Shown: positions 7,604-11,163 of the stretch, in pieces | Position numbering within the stretch: position 1 is the stretch's first letter | Layout: every line of letters begins with the position of its first letter | UHGV virus genome: UHGV-1347585 | DNA length: 11,163 nucleotides | Strand: one strand, 5' to 3' | DNA from: a virus | Translations under genes and position numbers: made by a program | The notes under the pieces: generated by a model | The model's input: the letters and a program-made list of their open reading frames with translations, nothing else | What the model was told of the DNA's origin: nothing | The model's database searches: none

Positions 7604-9718
7604 TTGACCGCATTTGCCGGGCAACATGTATATTGTATGAAGGATTTTAAAGATATAGTGTTTGCATTAGAAATGAATAAACCAGATGAGCAGATATCAG
7701 CATTAATTGCAAAAAAGGACATTACCATGCAGATAATAAGTGGCGAAACTAATATAAATGATGTTGGCATAAAAAAGAGATTTAAAAATTGCGAGCCATT
7801 TCAGTGTATTGTTGAGTTAGCATGGAATGGATTTGATGCCAAAGCTCGGAATGTCACTATTGAGGTGCGTAGAACTGATTTAGGCGGCCTGTCATCGGTT
7901 TATATTCTTGATGATGGTGATGGTATAGATTTTAATCACTTTGATTTGAACTTTAATAGATTTGATGATTCACTAAAAAAAGATAATATTGAATTACATG
8001 GCTCACAAGGAAGAGGAAGGCTTGCATTTCATAAGCTCAGCCGTCAAGCTATATGGTTTACTAAATATAACGATATAAATGCTAAAATAGAAATTGATGA
8101 TGCTGATCTTAAAAATTATCAAGCTTATATTAATATTCCGTATCAAGAGCAGCATTCAACATTAATCGGACAAAAAAGTGGCACATGTGTCATGTTGAAT
8201 CATTTTCATAATGATTTACCAAGTGATAATGAAATAATAAAAAGATTACAGAGTGAGTTTTGCTGTCACTTAGCACTGAACGAGCAGATAACGTTATCTT
8301 ATAATGGGGTTGTTATAACGGCACCAGAACATGATTCTCACTCATTAGAAAAAGAATTTGATGGAAGTTCATTTTCAATCAAGGCTCTCCGATGGGATGA
8401 AAAACCCTCTAAAGAAAGATCGTATGTATATTTGGTAAATTCGCAGGGTAAAAAAGTCCACGAAGTTCCAAGTAAATTTAATCAGAAAAAAGATTTCTAC
8501 CTTTCTATATTTGTCAGTTCTGACTGGGCTGATAACTTTAGTAATAAAGGCGATGATATATTTTCAGATGCTAAGTATAATGCTGACTCAAAAGTTTGGA
8601 AAGATGTCATAAAATTTGTTTGGGGATTATCAAAAAAGATATATGATGATTTCCTTCAAAAGAAAATCGACGAAACTTTAGAGCGTTATCAACAAGAGGG
8701 AGTATTCCCTTCTTATAGCGAATATTCAGATCCTAAATATGCTGAGTGGCGCTTGAATAATATCAAGGCTATCGTTCGTGATATATATATAGCCGAGCCA
8801 GCCATGCTCGATAATTTGAATACAAAACAAAGAAAGGTTTTTGTAAGGCTATTGGATAAACTATCTTCATCAAATAATAATGAGGATTTATTTAATATAC
8901 TTGAAAGCGTTTTAGATTTGAGTAAAGAGGGTTTGTCAAAACTTTCTAATCAATTAAGAATTACAAAACTTGATAATATAATTAGCGCGATTGAAGAACT
9001 ACAAAAAAGAAGGCTTGTAGTGGACAAGCTTCGTTATTTAATGGATCATCATTATAAGGAAATAAGAGAGACTCCAGATCTTCAAAAAATAATTGAAAAC
9101 AACACATGGTTGTTCGGTGAACGCTATGAAACTATCGGGGCTGAGGAAGATACTTTTACCAAAATAGCATTAGAATTAAGGAATAGTGTTAAACATATCA
9201 ACGATATTGATGAAGATGATGTTGAGAATGAGGCAGAATTAGCTGGTTCAAAACGGCAGACAGATCTATTTTTAGCCAGAAAGTACCCAGCCCTTGATTC
9301 CAATGGTAACCCATATTACAAATGCATTATCATTGAGATAAAAAGACCAAGTATTTCATTAAATATAAAACATCTAAGACAGCTTGATGATTATGCGGCA
9401 ATAATTCAAAGACATCCGGGGTTTAGTAGTCAAAATTTGCATTTTGAGCTCATACTCATAGGTCGTAAAATATCTAAAGATAGTTTCGAAATAGAAAGTA
9501 GATTGAATTCACATATACAAAAAGGTGATATGGGATTAGTTGGGGATGATCCTAGGATGAAGCGCTACGTTAAAAACTGGTATACCATTTTTGATGGTTT
9601 CGAACTCACTAATAGATTTATGCTTGATAAATTGAAATTAGAAAGAGATAGCTTAGAACTTGGTGAAATATGTTCGAAAGAAATTGTTTCAGAATTACAA
9701 GGTAACTTAAGTAAATAA
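7604..9718 (+). CDS. Cargo protein: N-terminal GHKL/Bergerat-fold ATPase fused to a C-terminal PD-(D/E)xK-like nuclease motif; candidate single-gene anti-phage defence protein
   Basis: 704-aa ORF from a TTG; internal ATGs at 7637, 7673 and 7727, the last with an AAGGA Shine-Dalgarno, are plausible true starts. N-box ELAWNGFDA, G1 box DDGDGI and G2 box GSQGRG occur in canonical order and spacing. The C-terminus has TDLF...IIEIKR (D...ExK). The gene is visibly AT-rich (roughly one third GC by eye) against a GC-richer backbone and occupies the psu-int slot. Confidence 0.85.
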   Translation: MTAFAGQHVYCMKDFKDIVFALEMNKPDEQISALIAKKDITMQIISGETNINDVGIKKRFKNCEPFQCIVELAWNGFDAKARNVTIEVRRTDLGGLSSVYILDDGDGIDFNHFDLNFNRFDDSLKKDNIELHGSQGRGRLAFHKLSRQAIWFTKYNDINAKIEIDDADLKNYQAYINIPYQEQHSTLIGQKSGTCVMLNHFHNDLPSDNEIIKRLQSEFCCHLALNEQITLSYNGVVITAPEHDSHSLEKEFDGSSFSIKALRWDEKPSKERSYVYLVNSQGKKVHEVPSKFNQKKDFYLSIFVSSDWADNFSNKGDDIFSDAKYNADSKVWKDVIKFVWGLSKKIYDDFLQKKIDETLERYQQEGVFPSYSEYSDPKYAEWRLNNIKAIVRDIYIAEPAMLDNLNTKQRKVFVRLLDKLSSSNNNEDLFNILESVLDLSKEGLSKLSNQLRITKLDNIISAIEELQKRRLVVDKLRYLMDHHYKEIRETPDLQKIIENNTWLFGERYETIGAEEDTFTKIALELRNSVKHINDIDEDDVENEAELAGSKRQTDLFLARKYPALDSNGNPYYKCIIIEIKRPSISLNIKHLRQLDDYAAIIQRHPGFSSQNLHFELILIGRKISKDSFEIESRLNSHIQKGDMGLVGDDPRMKRYVKNWYTIFDGFELTNRFMLDKLKLERDSLELGEICSKEIVSELQGNLSK

Positions 9719-9721
9719 TAT

Positions 9722-9755
9722 GCATATTGCATCGGTGAAATACTGATGCAATATG
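9722..9755. terminator. Hairpin between the convergent cargo gene and int; possible bidirectional terminator
   Basis: 11-bp perfect stem catattgcatc/gatgcaatatg with an 11-nt loop, flanked by AT-rich sequence, lying between the two convergent stop codons (9718 and 9770). Confidence 0.5.
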
Positions 9756-9769
9756 TTAGCATATAATAA

Positions 9770-10948
9770 TTATATTATGGCTGTTGTTAATAGGAAATCA
9801 CTATACCATTGCAACATTATTTTTCGATTTTCAATATATTGTGCATGATTGTATGTTCCACGAATGCTGTTCTTATCTACATGTGCAAGCTGCATCTCAA
9901 TCCACGCACTTTCAAATCCTTGTTCATGTAAGATCGTTGACATTGTGTGTCTGAATCCGTGACCTGTCGCACGTCCTTTGTAGCCCAGTAATTCAATTAC
10001 CTGCGACACACTTTCTTTAGAGATCGGTTTACTACGATTATTTCTACCAATAAAAATGTAGGGATAATGGCCGGTAATAGGTTTGAGCTGCTTAAATAGC
10101 TCAACTACCTGAGTAGATAAAGGAACAATGTGAGGCCTACGCATTTTCATCCGTTCTGCTGGTATTTCCCATATACTTTTCTCAAGGTCAACCTCATCCC
10201 ATGTAGCAAAGCGCATCTCTTGGGTTCGTACACCGGTCAGCATGACGATTTTTGTCGCATTCTTAGTGATAATGCTGCCGGTATACGCTTCAAGATCCCG
10301 AATAAAATGAGGTAACTCTTCAGCGGATAAAAATGGATGATGCTTTTGCTTCGGAACGGCCAAAGCAATAGCCAAATCAGGAGCAGGATTGTATTCTGCG
10401 CGGCCAGTTATAATTGCATAGCGATAGACCTCGCCGCATCTTTGGCGCACTTTTCTGGTCTTCTCTAGCGCTCCACGCTTCTCTATTCGCCGCAATACTT
10501 CAAGCAGTTCTAACGGTTTGATTTCACTGATAGGGCGTTTACCAATGAACGGGAACACATCTTGTTCAAATGTCTTAATGATTTCTTCGCGATAGGCCAC
10601 TGTCCAGCGGTCAGCTTTGTTGGTGTGCCATTCTCGACATATGGCTTCGAATGAATTCTCTGTTGAGAGTTGCTGTGCCAGCTTTTGGGCTTTACGTTCT
10701 TCTACTGGGTCTATGCCGTTTGCTACCTGCTTACGAGCTGTATCGCGTTTCTCACGTGCTTCTGCGAGGCTCACAAGGTCGTAGCTGCCAAATGACATTA
10801 GCCGTGCTTTACCGGCAAAACGAAAGCGGAAGCGCCAGCCCTTTGAGCCGTCTGGATTGATGAGTAATGACAGGCCTTGTCCATCGTTCAATGTGTAGGG
10901 CTTGTCTTGGGGCTTTGCTCGTTTAATTTGAATGTCTGTGAGTGGCAT
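9770..10948 (-). CDS. int: P4-family tyrosine integrase (site-specific recombinase), selC-specific
   Basis: 392 aa. N-terminus with the P4-integrase-like arm-binding signature (KPYTLNDGQGLSLLINPDGSKGWRFRFRF). C-terminal catalytic motifs HGFRHT and RGTYNHAQY contain the tyrosine nucleophile. Lies next to the selC 3' end in the same orientation. Confidence 0.95.
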   Translation of the reverse strand: MPLTDIQIKRAKPQDKPYTLNDGQGLSLLINPDGSKGWRFRFRFAGKARLMSFGSYDLVSLAEAREKRDTARKQVANGIDPVEERKAQKLAQQLSTENSFEAICREWHTNKADRWTVAYREEIIKTFEQDVFPFIGKRPISEIKPLELLEVLRRIEKRGALEKTRKVRQRCGEVYRYAIITGRAEYNPAPDLAIALAVPKQKHHPFLSAEELPHFIRDLEAYTGSIITKNATKIVMLTGVRTQEMRFATWDEVDLEKSIWEIPAERMKMRRPHIVPLSTQVVELFKQLKPITGHYPYIFIGRNNRSKPISKESVSQVIELLGYKGRATGHGFRHTMSTILHEQGFESAWIEMQLAHVDKNSIRGTYNHAQYIENRKIMLQWYSDFLLTTAII

Positions 10949-11100
10949 ATGTATAAGTCAAAAATATGTATAAAAGATCTATACACATCACTATACATAT
11001 TTTTCACGGATTCAGGGAGAACTTGTCGGACGGTTACGGATGAGTGATTTACTATGTATACTGAAAATAAAGGATTTTTAGACGTTCTCGGATAGCGGCG

Positions 11101-11130
11101 GAGGAATTTTGGCGGAAGATCACAGGAGTC
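11101..11130. repeat. Proximal att direct repeat overlapping the 3' end of selC
   Basis: gaggaattttggcggaagatcacaggagtc matches 73..102 with one mismatch. It covers the last 21 nt of the tRNA and 9 nt downstream of its CCA end. Confidence 0.85.
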
Positions 11131-11163
11131 GAACCTGCCCGGGACCGCTGGCGGCCCCAACTG
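11110..11163 (-). tRNA. selC: tRNA-Sec (selC), 3' portion only; 5' part lies beyond the window edge
   Basis: The reverse complement of 11110..11163 reads CAGTTGGGGCCGCCAGCGGTCCCGGGCAGGTTCGACTCCTGTGATCTTCCGCCA. That is the T-arm (GGTTCGACTCC), long acceptor stem and CCA end of enterobacterial tRNA-Sec as I recall it. Confidence 0.85.

Larger units (their letters stand above)
73..11130. mobile_element. P4-like satellite prophage / integrative element inserted at selC, bounded by direct repeats
   Basis: Integrase next to a tRNA 3' end, 30-bp direct repeat at both ends, and a P4-like gene complement in P4 order (alpha, orf151, vis, sid, delta, psu, int) with crr and ori iterons. Boundaries are inferred from the repeats. 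Confidence 0.85.

Noticed and set aside
7419-7770. 62-aa plus-strand ORF and 66-aa minus-strand ORF near the start of the cargo gene
   Set aside because: The 62-aa ORF lies in the GC-rich hairpin region without a ribosome-binding site. The 66-aa ORF is antisense to the N-terminus of the 704-aa gene.
9565-9762. 65-aa minus-strand ORF overlapping the 3' end of the cargo gene
   Set aside because: Antisense to the supported 704-aa ORF and spans the intergenic hairpin; no start signal.
10888-11160. 90-aa minus-strand ORF crossing the int start, the att repeat and the tRNA
   Set aside because: It overlaps the selC sequence and the att core and runs into the integrase start, so it is almost certainly not coding.

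Overview
The window appears to hold an entire P4-like satellite prophage of about 11 kb, inserted at the 3' end of tRNA-Sec (selC) and bounded by a 30-bp direct repeat (73..102 and 11101..11130). The backbone is syntenic with phage P4, all read from sequence and ORF translations: crr-type iterons, a leftward operon (vis, P_LE, an RNA immunity region with seqA/seqB/seqC-like elements, small ORFs, orf151, orf106, alpha primase-helicase), an ori iteron cluster flanked by divergent TGT-N12-ACA late promoters, a rightward sid-delta-psu operon, and a P4-family integrase beside selC. The slot between psu and int, where P4 carries gop/beta/cII, instead holds one AT-rich 704-aa ORF (7604..9718). It combines an N-terminal GHKL/Bergerat ATPase motif set with a C-terminal PD-(D/E)xK-like nuclease motif and is the main candidate for an uncharacterised single-gene anti-phage defence system. 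No homology search was run; every family assignment rests on motifs, lengths and gene order, and gene lengths quoted for P4 are from memory.
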